A stretch of 56,799 nt of DNA from a virus (lineage: Duplodnaviria; Caudoviricetes), in IMG/VR virus record IMGVR_UViG_3300049783_001292, positions 1-56,799 of that record, one strand, 5' to 3'. A program made the position numbers and the translations under genes. Shown here piece after piece: positions 9,182 to 17,732 of this stretch. Each line of letters starts with the position of its first letter. Position 1 is the stretch's first letter. The notes beneath the pieces were generated by a model. It worked only from the letters and a program-made list of their open reading frames with translations, had not been told where the DNA came from and did not search any database.

Positions 9182-9212
9182 TCTAGTCCACTAGAACTGT
9201 TTATTTATACAG
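9182..9212. promoter_or_regulatory. Operator (9182-9195) abutting a LexA/SOS box (9197-9212)
   Basis: TCTA-GTCCAC-TAGA followed by CTGT-TTATTTAT-ACAG. Confidence 0.75.
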
Positions 9213-9362
9213 TGGTATTGGCTGATTAATTGACCTGTACCAAAAGTTACATTTACTTTGTTGATTTTTAAGTGAAAATACCGCCCTAAACCAGTGTCGC
9301 CTTGTTTACATGGCGTTAATATTATTTTCAAAACCTCGATAAAAATAATATTCAAATACCGG

Positions 9363-9419
9363 TTGATCTTTAATGCTGGAATATCTAGAATGTTAGACTT
9401 TAAAGTCGATCAAAGTAGA
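9363..9419 (+). promoter_or_regulatory. PR-like promoter (TTGATC-17-TAGAAT) with two operators
   Basis: -35 at 9363-9368, -10 at 9386-9391; operators at 9384 and 9406. Confidence 0.75.
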
Positions 9420-9423
9420 TTAA

Positions 9424-9666
9424 ATGAAAACAGCTACCCTGAATGTATTAATGCAAAGTTTAGTGAAAGAAGCGGTAGACAATAAACAAGCTTATGCACT
9501 CGCTAAAAAATCGGGTTTATCTGTCCATTGGTTTTATGAAGTAGCCAAAGGCCGCATAAAAGACCCGCGCAGCTCGGCTGTAGAAAAGTTTCTCCAGGCG
9601 ATAGACCACCCCCTTTATAGCGAAATAAAAAAACACTGCTCTGCTCAGTTAGATTTGGCTGCGTAA
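9424..9666 (+). CDS. Cro-like HTH regulator
   Basis: LAKKSGLSVHWFYEVAKGRIKDP HTH; position downstream of PR. Confidence 0.8.
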   Translation: MKTATLNVLMQSLVKEAVDNKQAYALAKKSGLSVHWFYEVAKGRIKDPRSSAVEKFLQAIDHPLYSEIKKHCSAQLDLAA

Positions 9667-10121
9667 TGGAAAATATAACGCGACTAACGATACGACAACA
9701 AGCAGCGATGCGAACGCTTTTTAAATTAGAGCATCCATCTAGTTTGCGTAAGATTATTGCTAACTCTGAAGCTGCGTTTGATGGCATGAGCCAACTTAGA
9801 ACTGTTTTAGATCAGTTAATCTCACGGAATGAAGTGTCATTGCAAAGTAACAATCAATACCGCATATCAACGCCCCGCAGAGACTACGAACGCAGTATAG
9901 CAAAAGACTTAGGTATTAAAGTAGGCGCTATCACTGAGGTAGAGATAGAAGAAATCAAACTGTTGGATTTGCCAAACTTGGCAGTAGGCAGAGGAAGATT
10001 AAAAGTAAAGACAGACTTATTAAAACGCCTGGCAGAAGTGCTTGGTAACGATGTTGGCCAGGTATTGCTAAGCATTACTGACGATCTAGCTGTTGCTAGT
10101 AGATGCGCAGACGAAGAGTAA
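9666..10121 (+). CDS. Hypothetical protein in the CII position, possibly winged helix
   Basis: Coupled to cro; LDQLISRNEVS...YRI wing-like motif. Confidence 0.6.
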   Translation: MENITRLTIRQQAAMRTLFKLEHPSSLRKIIANSEAAFDGMSQLRTVLDQLISRNEVSLQSNNQYRISTPRRDYERSIAKDLGIKVGAITEVEIEEIKLLDLPNLAVGRGRLKVKTDLLKRLAEVLGNDVGQVLLSITDDLAVASRCADEE

Positions 10122-10217
10122 AAAGGTGTCTGGTGTTTTACCACCAGACGGAAACAAAAAAACCGCTTCAATCCGACCAAAGATTTCAAAAGCGGTTAAT
10201 AAGTAACGGGAAATATT

Positions 10218-11147
10218 ATGACAAATATTACACGACTAATCAAGCCGCCCATTCCGGTAAAGGAAAAGAAGATGAACGATGGCTTTATTTTGTTTTATCG
10301 TTCAATTCAAGAACAGGATTGGTACAACGCAGACATACCTAAAACGATGCTGTTTAACTATTGCTTGCTAAATGCTAGTCACACTATGTATGAGTCTGCT
10401 TTTCGCGGTAAAACGCTCTTATTAGAAGCAGGGCAGCTTCATTCAACCTACAAAAAGATAGCGGAAGAATCGGGAATACTTAGATTGTACGGCCAGTATG
10501 TCAAGTCTAAAAATCCGCTAGGTTCAAGTAAAAAAGCCATCAATAAATGTTTGGAAGCTTTCACCAAAGAAGGGACGTTATCCTATTATGTTGAAGGTAA
10601 TGGACGGCTACAAAGCACTGTAATTACGATCAGTAATTGGGCTAAATTCCAATCGTTACCAGTAACGAAAGAAGTAACGCAGCTAGTAACGAAAGATAGC
10701 CTTACACACCAAGGGCTAGAGAGTAGCGCGGTAACGAAGCTAGTAACGAAAAAGGTAACCAAGAACAACAATACTCTATCTAAAGATAGAGTAGATCCTA
10801 CGTTGACGAATAAATTCTCAACGGAAGATTTAACCGCAGCAGAATACATTTTAAGTAAGATCATTCAACTCAAGCCAAACTTAAAAAAACCCAATATTAA
10901 CAGTTGGGCAGATCAAGTAAGACTTATGCGAGAGCAAGATAAAAAAACCCATCGTGAGATATGTGAGTTATTCAAATGGGCAAATAAAGATTCGTTCTGG
11001 CAAGCCAATATTCTTAGCCCTAAAAAACTTAGGTCGCAATGGGATGAACTTGAAATAAAAAGCAAGGCGACACCAAGCACTAAAAACACAAAGAATCTTG
11101 ATCCTAACGATACCTCCTGGGGTGATGGCTTGAAGGTGACACTATGA
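10218..11147 (+). CDS. Replication initiator (O-like)
   Basis: GFILFYRSI N-terminus, TVITISNWAKFQ, FWQANILSPKKLRSQWDEL C-terminus. Confidence 0.88.
   Translation: MTNITRLIKPPIPVKEKKMNDGFILFYRSIQEQDWYNADIPKTMLFNYCLLNASHTMYESAFRGKTLLLEAGQLHSTYKKIAEESGILRLYGQYVKSKNPLGSSKKAINKCLEAFTKEGTLSYYVEGNGRLQSTVITISNWAKFQSLPVTKEVTQLVTKDSLTHQGLESSAVTKLVTKKVTKNNNTLSKDRVDPTLTNKFSTEDLTAAEYILSKIIQLKPNLKKPNINSWADQVRLMREQDKKTHREICELFKWANKDSFWQANILSPKKLRSQWDELEIKSKATPSTKNTKNLDPNDTSWGDGLKVTL
10654..10760. repeat. Probable replication origin iterons within O
   Basis: GTAACG/C at 10662, 10674, 10686 and 10731, 10743, 10755 (12-bp period); inverted CGTTAC at 10654. Confidence 0.75.
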
Positions 11148-11794
11148 GAAATCAACCTAAGCCACTATCAAGCATCGCAAACGGGTTAAATTTTCAGACG
11201 CGCTATGAAGCGCCACAAGAGTTTGAATTACCTCCGCAAGCCATAGCCATCGTTAACAACTTGTTTAATGATTTAAAGGGTATCTGCACTGCTTGGCAGC
11301 ACACCTTCACAGATGCAGCCATCGAACAAGCCGCGAAAAAGCAATGGGTACAAGCATTATTTGAAAATGACGTGGTGAATCAGCATCAAATTAACATCGG
11401 CATGAAAAAAGCACGAAGACTTTCTAAACCTTGGTTCCCGTCCTCTGGTGAGTTCATCGAATGGTGCAAGCCAAGCCTAGAAGACTATGGTTTGCTCCCT
11501 GTTGACGAGGCATTAAGGGTGTGGATTGACAGGAAAAGCAAAAACTATCCAGCAATCTATGTAGCGGCCAAAGCAACCGGTTCATGGGCATTAAATAGCA
11601 TGAGTCATAAAAACCTGTTTTCCTTATTTTCTCGCAACTATGAGATTTCGTGTAATCGCGTGATGGCAGGGGAAGATTTATCTAATGAAATTCCGCTAGC
11701 ACTACCGCCTAAAGTTTTTGTACCGGTACCGGCAACCAGTGACTTTAAAACGGCGCGTGAAAAGCTCAAAAAAACCATAGGGGCTGACTCATGA
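11144..11794 (+). CDS. Replication protein P (helicase loader, lambda P family)
   Basis: KKQWVQALFEN and PWFPSSGEFIEWC motifs. Confidence 0.88.
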   Translation: MRNQPKPLSSIANGLNFQTRYEAPQEFELPPQAIAIVNNLFNDLKGICTAWQHTFTDAAIEQAAKKQWVQALFENDVVNQHQINIGMKKARRLSKPWFPSSGEFIEWCKPSLEDYGLLPVDEALRVWIDRKSKNYPAIYVAAKATGSWALNSMSHKNLFSLFSRNYEISCNRVMAGEDLSNEIPLALPPKVFVPVPATSDFKTAREKLKKTIGADS

Positions 11795-11994
11795 TGTACG
11801 AGAGCGGATTAATTTGCTTTATCGCAGCATTTTTCTATTGGCTAGGCTGTAAGCGCACAAAAATCAAACTTGAACTGATCAGCTTAATGACACCGGTTCA
11901 ATATCGTGGATTTACTGAGATAAAGCTCTGTATCGCCAAGTTCATAATTATCCTGTTGATCACCTTACTTTTTTGGATGAAGCACAATGCCTGA
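11791..11994 (+). CDS. Small membrane protein
   Basis: Two hydrophobic stretches; overlapping starts and stops. Confidence 0.55.
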   Translation: MMYESGLICFIAAFFYWLGCKRTKIKLELISLMTPVQYRGFTEIKLCIAKFIIILLITLLFWMKHNA

Positions 11995-12373
11995 TTTAAA
12001 TAAACTTGTTGCGGCTCATGCCTATTGGTCCGATAAAAAACGCGATCTAAAAGCACAGGGCGCTCATGAAGCTAGTTCTTGTGAAGGCTTGGATACTTGC
12101 GAAGATAATCACAATCAGATTGTTAATATCGGGACGACTTGTATTGATAGAGTCATCGAGCAAATGCGTGACAGTAACAAAGACAACCCTTATGACGGAT
12201 ATGACTTTGAAGAAACATGGGCCGTTATGTGTGGCGATGATGAAGTATGTCAGCACTGTAAAAACGTAAGAACTCTAAAAGCTCAGCGCGTTAAAGCTTC
12301 ACAGAGATTAGGCGCTGTTCGTGGAGCAATGACTCGCATAGGTCGAACTTTAGAATACAAAGGCGATAAATAA
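11987..12373 (+). CDS. Hypothetical Cys-containing protein
   Basis: ORF within the operon; CQHC motif. Confidence 0.65.
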   Translation: MPDLNKLVAAHAYWSDKKRDLKAQGAHEASSCEGLDTCEDNHNQIVNIGTTCIDRVIEQMRDSNKDNPYDGYDFEETWAVMCGDDEVCQHCKNVRTLKAQRVKASQRLGAVRGAMTRIGRTLEYKGDK

Positions 12374-12380
12374 TGCCTGA

Positions 12381-12860
12381 TTGTTACCGATGAAAGATTA
12401 CCAGGTGTCCACTCATAACTTAGATGCTTTTATTGACGAACTTCAAGATGAACTCAGTAAAAACAAATTAATGATTATTACTACTCAGCAAGCGAGGACC
12501 GGCAAATGGGGAATGGCAAGGCTTTGGCGAAAATGGATGGCAACAACCGCATCGTTCATGGCTAAAAATGGCGCAAAAATGCCATTGATGCTTAGTGTTA
12601 GCGGTGAGAATTACGGGTCTAGGGCTTTTAATTCAGATGATGCTCACGAACTGTTTACCTCGCACCACCTGGGTCTTGATGAAAAAGGTTACCGGTTAAG
12701 TTGGAGTAAATCAGGAAGTGATGATTCAAGAGCGGCAACCAAGGGCGAAAGGTTTGATGCTTTAAGGAAACATGAAAACTGGTGCGTTGAAAAAGGCATT
12801 AGATTATTTAAACCTCGTGATTGTGAATATGAGTTATTGAGCAAGGAGCAGTCTTCATGA
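12381..12860 (+). CDS. NinB/YbcN-like protein
   Basis: LWRKWM...DDAHELF...W.VEKGIRL..P pattern; nin-region position. Confidence 0.6.
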   Translation: MLPMKDYQVSTHNLDAFIDELQDELSKNKLMIITTQQARTGKWGMARLWRKWMATTASFMAKNGAKMPLMLSVSGENYGSRAFNSDDAHELFTSHHLGLDEKGYRLSWSKSGSDDSRAATKGERFDALRKHENWCVEKGIRLFKPRDCEYELLSKEQSS

Positions 12861-13069
12861 ATAAAATGATTTCAATAAAAGAACTTTCATACGAACAAAA
12901 TTTCTATTGGCAGGGTACGCAGTATCGACAAGTGATAAGACCTAAACGTCCGAGAGGCCCATTTAAAATTTATGCGTGTGACGTAACCCTTAGTAATTAC
13001 AACGCCGTGGAAATGCCATCGGGCCGGAAAGTTAAGCCAGTGCTAAGGATCGTTAATGAAGCAAACTAA
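12857..13069 (+). CDS. Hypothetical protein
   Basis: ATGA overlap with the previous gene. Confidence 0.6.
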   Translation: MNKMISIKELSYEQNFYWQGTQYRQVIRPKRPRGPFKIYACDVTLSNYNAVEMPSGRKVKPVLRIVNEAN

Positions 13070-13349
13070 AATAACAAAAAGCGCTAGAGATATGGATTGC
13101 CAAATCAGATTACCATTTATTTGTAATTTTGACTCTACGACTACTGTTTTTGCTCACGTTGGTATCGATAGTGGTATGGGCGGCAAGTCGAGTGACATTG
13201 AAGGGACTTATTCTTGCTCTAGTTGTCACGATGAAATTGACGGTAGGACAATGAAAATGGCAGACCGTCAAGAAGTTAAGTTGTTTGCTTATGAAGGGGC
13301 TATGCGAACTAGAGAAATATTGACTTGTATGGAGCTAATAAAAACCTAA
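13056..13349 (+). CDS. DUF1364/YbcO-like zinc-binding nuclease-domain protein
   Basis: ARDMDCQIRLPFIC...TTVFAH...CSSCHDEIDGR. Confidence 0.85.
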   Translation: MKQTKITKSARDMDCQIRLPFICNFDSTTTVFAHVGIDSGMGGKSSDIEGTYSCSSCHDEIDGRTMKMADRQEVKLFAYEGAMRTREILTCMELIKT

Positions 13350-13543
13350 TGAGCGACATAACAATGTGTACAAATCACGACTGCCCCATGCAAGATAACT
13401 GTTGGCGATTACTGGCTCCACCGGACAAGATCAGGCAAGCATATCAAGACTTTAAATTTGATTATGACGGTTTTAATGACGGCACTAATGACAAGGGGTG
13501 TGATTTATACATAGCTATGGACGAATTAAATGACTTTTCATAA
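13349..13543 (+). CDS. Small Cys-rich phage protein (start MSDITMC)
   Basis: DITMC...CP...CWR motif; TAATG coupling. Confidence 0.7.
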   Translation: MSDITMCTNHDCPMQDNCWRLLAPPDKIRQAYQDFKFDYDGFNDGTNDKGCDLYIAMDELNDFS

Positions 13544-13733
13544 CGCGAGTAAGTTCGGGCCGCAATCGGAAGATGAAGCAAAAAAAATGAACTGGCAGAG
13601 AATGGACTGTTTGGCTGCTAATCAACTAAGGGTTGAACGTGATAGCTCAAAGTTAAAAGCCTGGTTCGCTGCGCAAGATGAAGAATGGCAAGTGGCTCGT
13701 AAAGTTCGGTTTATGTCTCGGTTAAGAGGGTAG
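13530..13733 (+). CDS. Hypothetical protein
   Basis: ORF within the operon. Confidence 0.6.
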   Translation: MTFHNASKFGPQSEDEAKKMNWQRMDCLAANQLRVERDSSKLKAWFAAQDEEWQVARKVRFMSRLRG

Positions 13734-13736
13734 TTA

Positions 13737-14141
13737 ATGGAATCTATCAGTATTGACGATTATCGGGCTATGACAGCGCCAAAGGCCACGAACAAGGCCA
13801 AAGCGAAAGAGCAAGCTCGAAAATTAGCGGCGCTGGTAGAGGTTAATTTAATTGATTTACCTGGTTACACCAAAGAGCATATTTTTCACCCCACACGAAA
13901 ATGGCGCTTTGATTATGCCTGGTTAGATTTGAAAGTTGCGTTAGAGATTCACGGTGGGGTTTTTACCAATGGTAGGCACACTCGCGGTAAAGGTTTTAGT
14001 GAAGACAAAGTAAAGATGAATAGCGCCCAGCTACTAGGGTGGATAGTTATTGAGGCTACAACAGCACAAGTGAAAGATGGGCAAATGCTCACATGGATTA
14101 AAACTGCAATCAACACTAGGAATAAATGTGCATCCAATTAA
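13737..14141 (+). CDS. PD-(D/E)xK endonuclease (DUF559/Vsr-like; putative resolvase)
   Basis: EHIFHPTRKWRFDYAW...ALEIHGG...D.VKMNSAQLLGW. Confidence 0.85.
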   Translation: MESISIDDYRAMTAPKATNKAKAKEQARKLAALVEVNLIDLPGYTKEHIFHPTRKWRFDYAWLDLKVALEIHGGVFTNGRHTRGKGFSEDKVKMNSAQLLGWIVIEATTAQVKDGQMLTWIKTAINTRNKCASN

Positions 14142-14685
14142 GTTACTAGCAAAAATGACACCAAAAACTTTAAACCTGGGCGCAATTGGCGGTGGTACAT
14201 CACTTGATACAATAGATTGGCGGGATGCGGCTCACTCATTAGTGGGGTTAAACAAAGATGCGTATAATTGGGCACTGTTTAGATTCGCAGGGCATGACGA
14301 TAAAGAGAGATCTATCGTTAGAGTGTTAACAATGACAGTAACGCTATTGATAAAGATTAAACGATTTAAAATAAAGCCTGATACGTTAGATGGAATCGTT
14401 AGAGCGGCAATGCTTGAGTTCACTCAACCGGTCTGTGTTGAATGCTCAGGTAGTGGGTGGTCAGTTGATTCAAGCATACAAAAGGAATGCTCACACTGTA
14501 ACGGCAGGGGCAAGAAAGCCATATCAAAAAGAGAAAGATGTAAGGTTATCGGTATAAGCAATAGAAGTTATACAAACAATCATGATGAAGTCTCAAAAGA
14601 GTTGATGAATATTATTTCAACCTGGGAACAACAGATTATTAAAAACGTTAATGAAAAAATGGGCGAAGACGAGGAAGTAGCATGA
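14128..14685 (+). CDS. Late antiterminator Q (zinc-finger, lambda-type); GTG start likely
   Basis: CVECSGSG...CSHCNGRG zinc finger; upstream of the late promoter and lysis genes. Confidence 0.8.
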   Translation: MHPIKLLAKMTPKTLNLGAIGGGTSLDTIDWRDAAHSLVGLNKDAYNWALFRFAGHDDKERSIVRVLTMTVTLLIKIKRFKIKPDTLDGIVRAAMLEFTQPVCVECSGSGWSVDSSIQKECSHCNGRGKKAISKRERCKVIGISNRSYTNNHDEVSKELMNIISTWEQQIIKNVNEKMGEDEEVA

Positions 14686-15158
14686 TTAAATCAACAGAAG
14701 AACAACTATTAGAGAAAATCAACGTATTCGCGGATAGTGCTGTGATATGTAGGCAATTAGATAGTTTAGCGAAAGAGCTAACAGAAGAAATCGATTACTC
14801 ACCAGAAAAAACTTACTGGATAAAGGAAGCTCAAGAAAATCTTTACGGTATGTTTGAGTTGTTAATGGATATAAAAAAACAACACCTACTTGATAACAAC
14901 GATAACAACGATAAGAGCGATGAAGAGCATAAAATATTCACCATAGCTAATTTGAATTTATCTGAAGAAGCTACGGATGCGTTAAAAGTTGCTGATCTTC
15001 ACTGTGTATTGGCGCTATTTAACAGCACTGAAGTTGAAGTGCTTAAGGCTTTTAATTACAGTAACATAAGAAACAGAAAGATAATCTTTGAAGAAATAAA
15101 GTATGCGCTTGAAAATTTAGGGTTATTTATTGGCTGTGACTTACAATATAAAGCATAA
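14682..15158 (+). CDS. Protein with a novel helical N-domain plus an RNAP alpha-CTD-like domain (paralog 1)
   Basis: IANLNLSEEATDALKVADLHCVLALFNSTEVEVLK...EEIKYALENLGL resembles alpha-CTD; N-domain closely similar to that of 54446-55084. Confidence 0.7.
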   Translation: MIKSTEEQLLEKINVFADSAVICRQLDSLAKELTEEIDYSPEKTYWIKEAQENLYGMFELLMDIKKQHLLDNNDNNDKSDEEHKIFTIANLNLSEEATDALKVADLHCVLALFNSTEVEVLKAFNYSNIRNRKIIFEEIKYALENLGLFIGCDLQYKA

Positions 15159-15262
15159 AAAATATCGAAAGTACGATGCTTGAACTATCCAACAATCTGC
15201 GCAAAACTCTGCGCAATAAGCGAATGCGCAACAACAGACTGCGCATTGCGCAAAGGTGATTT

Positions 15263-15541
15263 ATGTTTGATAATCCAATAGTGCAAGAAGTTACAAAATT
15301 AAAGCCAGGCCAAGCAATAAAGTTCAATGGAAGGGAGTTAGATGCCGAAGTACCTAGATTTTATCATAATGACTCAACGTTCACTTCAGCGGATCGTGTG
15401 CTTGAAAATATAATAGGCGCTTCTTATGAGTATTATTACGAAGAAAACTTAATGAGTCCTGGCCGCGATGTAACATTTTACAGATTAAAAGAGCCGTTAC
15501 GTGATGGCCGTAGATGTTACGTTTCTCCGGATAGAAGGTGA
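15263..15541 (+). CDS. Hypothetical protein
   Basis: AAGGTG SD; ORF within the operon. Confidence 0.65.
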   Translation: MFDNPIVQEVTKLKPGQAIKFNGRELDAEVPRFYHNDSTFTSADRVLENIIGASYEYYYEENLMSPGRDVTFYRLKEPLRDGRRCYVSPDRR

Positions 15542-15903
15542 TTGCCACCAGAGAACAGCTAAAGCAGTGGGAAGATGAAAGGGCCGTAAAGCTTATGGTT
15601 GGCACTATGGATACAAATAGGCCGATTGTTTACATTGAGACTACGCCGTTTAGCGCGAGAATATCAGAAAAATTACGTGGTATTGCCTATGTAATCATTG
15701 TTGATAAACTTCCTGATTATTGCAGCCAAGTAGACGAACTGGTCGATTACGCCACTGTGTTTGATTCTCATGCTGTGCTACAAAAGTCAAGGCTAGGGGT
15801 TGATATGATTAACTGTTCGAGCAATAACCAGACAAAAAAGCGGTCACATGGTTGGTATCGTCAATTCGATAAAAGCAGTAAGAAGCGAAATTTAAGGGGT
15901 TAA
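15538..15903 (+). CDS. Hypothetical protein
   Basis: GTGA overlap with the previous gene. Confidence 0.6.
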   Translation: MIATREQLKQWEDERAVKLMVGTMDTNRPIVYIETTPFSARISEKLRGIAYVIIVDKLPDYCSQVDELVDYATVFDSHAVLQKSRLGVDMINCSSNNQTKKRSHGWYRQFDKSSKKRNLRG

Positions 15904-15904
15904 T

Positions 15905-16306
15905 ATGAAGCGTAGAGTAATTGAAACAGTGAGCAATCATTATTGCGATAAAACCCAACATGAGGCCTTGGAAAGTGTAAGGCTAGATTACCCTGATATT
16001 GATTGGGTTTACTACGGCTGGAGTTCACATAACGACTCTTATGTATTTGATGCTGTGACCGATGTAAGCAACATACCTGAAGGGCTAGAATCTTATGAAA
16101 CAGACGAAGATGCAGTTACAAGGGTAATAGAGGCCAAGTCCACAGGAAAGGCCTGCAAAGACTGCAGGTATTTCAATGGCGTTGATACATGCAATCACAT
16201 TGCAAATACACAAGTAGTTGAATCTACATTTCACAGCCCAAACCCTTATAGAAAATTAAAGGTTTCACCAAATCATATGTGTGACTACTTTGAGTTAAGA
16301 GGTTAA
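15905..16306 (+). CDS. Hypothetical protein with C-terminal CKDCRYF...C...C motif
   Basis: ORF with SD; Cys motif. Confidence 0.65.
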   Translation: MKRRVIETVSNHYCDKTQHEALESVRLDYPDIDWVYYGWSSHNDSYVFDAVTDVSNIPEGLESYETDEDAVTRVIEAKSTGKACKDCRYFNGVDTCNHIANTQVVESTFHSPNPYRKLKVSPNHMCDYFELRG

Positions 16307-16307
16307 T

Positions 16308-16586
16308 ATGAAAGAATATTTAGTCCTCGACATAGTGACAAGAATAAACGAAGTGGCGGGTAAAGACGGGGTTCGCGCAATGGTTAATTACACGCCAGGT
16401 ATATTCAGAAGCATACCAAACTCAATGACGATTTGGGACGTAGAGATAGAGCACAAGGGCTATCATCTAGTTGAACGATTTAATAATTCTATGAATATAA
16501 CTGATAGTGACGTTGACCTTGTGGCTAAAAATTTATTGGGTGACTTATTTCGTGACTACTTCAGTGCAAAGATTAGGTATAAATAA
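16308..16586 (+). CDS. Hypothetical protein
   Basis: GAGG SD. Confidence 0.6.
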   Translation: MKEYLVLDIVTRINEVAGKDGVRAMVNYTPGIFRSIPNSMTIWDVEIEHKGYHLVERFNNSMNITDSDVDLVAKNLLGDLFRDYFSAKIRYK

Positions 16587-16606
16587 AACAACTGAGCTTT
16601 TGCATC

Positions 16607-16636
16607 TTGCACACCTCCCGTTATTAGTGTTATATT
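16607..16636 (+). promoter_or_regulatory. Late promoter, pR'-like (TTGCAC-18-TATATT, extended -10 TG)
   Basis: Consensus match upstream of terminators and lysis genes. Confidence 0.65.
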
Positions 16637-16649
16637 TCCCATCTTGCAG

Positions 16650-16680
16650 AAATCCGCTCATTTATTGAAGCGGATTTTTT
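16650..16680 (+). terminator. tR'-like intrinsic terminator
   Basis: AATCCGCT...AGCGGATT followed by a T-run. Confidence 0.75.
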
Positions 16681-16781
16681 GCGTTCAGGGCTAAAGTTAT
16701 TCATTGAGAATATCACAGCATAGAATTAGCGACTCTTTAACCAATACCTTAGCTCACATACATAGCCTTACAACCTTGCTT

Positions 16782-16813
16782 GCCTCACCTTAACCGGTGG
16801 GGCTTTTTTATTT
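16782..16813 (+). terminator. Second late-leader terminator
   Basis: GCCTCACC-TTAACC-GGTGGGGC-TTTTTT. Confidence 0.75.
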
Positions 16814-16824
16814 GGGAAACTATC

Positions 16825-17253
16825 ATGCCTAGCTTCGGGAAATCATCAAGAGAACGGTTAGCAACATGCCATCCAGATCTACAGTTGATCTTCAATACCG
16901 CTATCAAGACGGTTGATTGCTCTATCTTTTGCGGTCACAGACCTAAAGTTAGTCAGAACAAAGCGTTCAACGATGGGTTTTCTCAATTAAAATGGCCGGA
17001 TTCAAAGCACAACTCAACTCCATCCGTAGCCGTTGATGCTGGTCCTTACTTTCCTGAGCTAAGGAATACCGATTGGGCAGATCATAAAGCCTTTGCTGTT
17101 TTTGCTGGTTATTGTATGCGCGTTGCTGACGAACTATTAGAAAAGAAATTAATCTCGCACCGCCTTAGATGGGGCGGTGATTGGGATGGTGATGGAAGAA
17201 CACTAGACGAAGGTTTTGTTGACCTACCGCATTTTGAACTGATGAAGATATGA
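16825..17253 (+). CDS. Endolysin, peptidase M15 family (L-Ala-D-Glu peptidase)
   Basis: SKHN...AVD, RWGGDW and DLPHFEL motifs. Confidence 0.92.
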   Translation: MPSFGKSSRERLATCHPDLQLIFNTAIKTVDCSIFCGHRPKVSQNKAFNDGFSQLKWPDSKHNSTPSVAVDAGPYFPELRNTDWADHKAFAVFAGYCMRVADELLEKKLISHRLRWGGDWDGDGRTLDEGFVDLPHFELMKI

Positions 17254-17732
17254 GTAACTTACTAGCAAAGGCCGCTGACTTTTTCAGTGGCGGTTTAGGC
17301 TCGGCGATTGTTGATGGCGTTAAAAGCTATTTCCCACCATCAATGAGTGATCAAGAAAAAGCCGAGCTATCAGAGCGAATAAACAGAGAAGCTAACATAC
17401 AAGCTAATGAAGCAGCCCGTATTGTCAATGAAGAACGTGCTGAGTTCAATCAACGTATTCAAGAGATGGAAGGAACAGCGAGTGATCTTAAGTCTATTGC
17501 GTTTTTTGGTCCTATTGTTATTTTTCTGCGTGGTTGTCAGCGCCCTGTTTGGGGTTACGCTACATTATATATGGACTTCATGGTGTTTAGCGGCCGTTGG
17601 AAAGAGCTTAGCGAAATGCAAGAAAGTGCTTTGTGGGTCATTAATTTACTTGTGCTTGGTTTTTTATTTGGTGAACGTGCAGTTAAAAATATTATGCCAT
17701 TAGTCGCTCAATATTTTAAAGGCGGTAAGTAA
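17250..17732 (+). CDS. Holin-like protein (3TM/GTA-release holin family)
   Basis: RPVWGY...LVLGFLFGER; TM segments. Confidence 0.75.
   Translation: MSNLLAKAADFFSGGLGSAIVDGVKSYFPPSMSDQEKAELSERINREANIQANEAARIVNEERAEFNQRIQEMEGTASDLKSIAFFGPIVIFLRGCQRPVWGYATLYMDFMVFSGRWKELSEMQESALWVINLLVLGFLFGERAVKNIMPLVAQYFKGGK

Noticed and set aside
9294-9485. 63-aa ORF near the LexA box as a possible antirepressor
   Set aside because: Runs through the PR promoter and operators and overlaps cro out of frame; no SD or motif support.
16681-16780. Possible tRNA or structured RNA in the late leader, as in Stx phages
   Set aside because: Only a weak GGGCTAA/TTAGCTC stem; no cloverleaf or TTCGA loop.
17407-17703. 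Nested +1 frame ORF in the holin-like gene as an Rz1-like spanin
   Set aside because: No N-terminal signal peptide with lipobox and no Pro-rich periplasmic tail.
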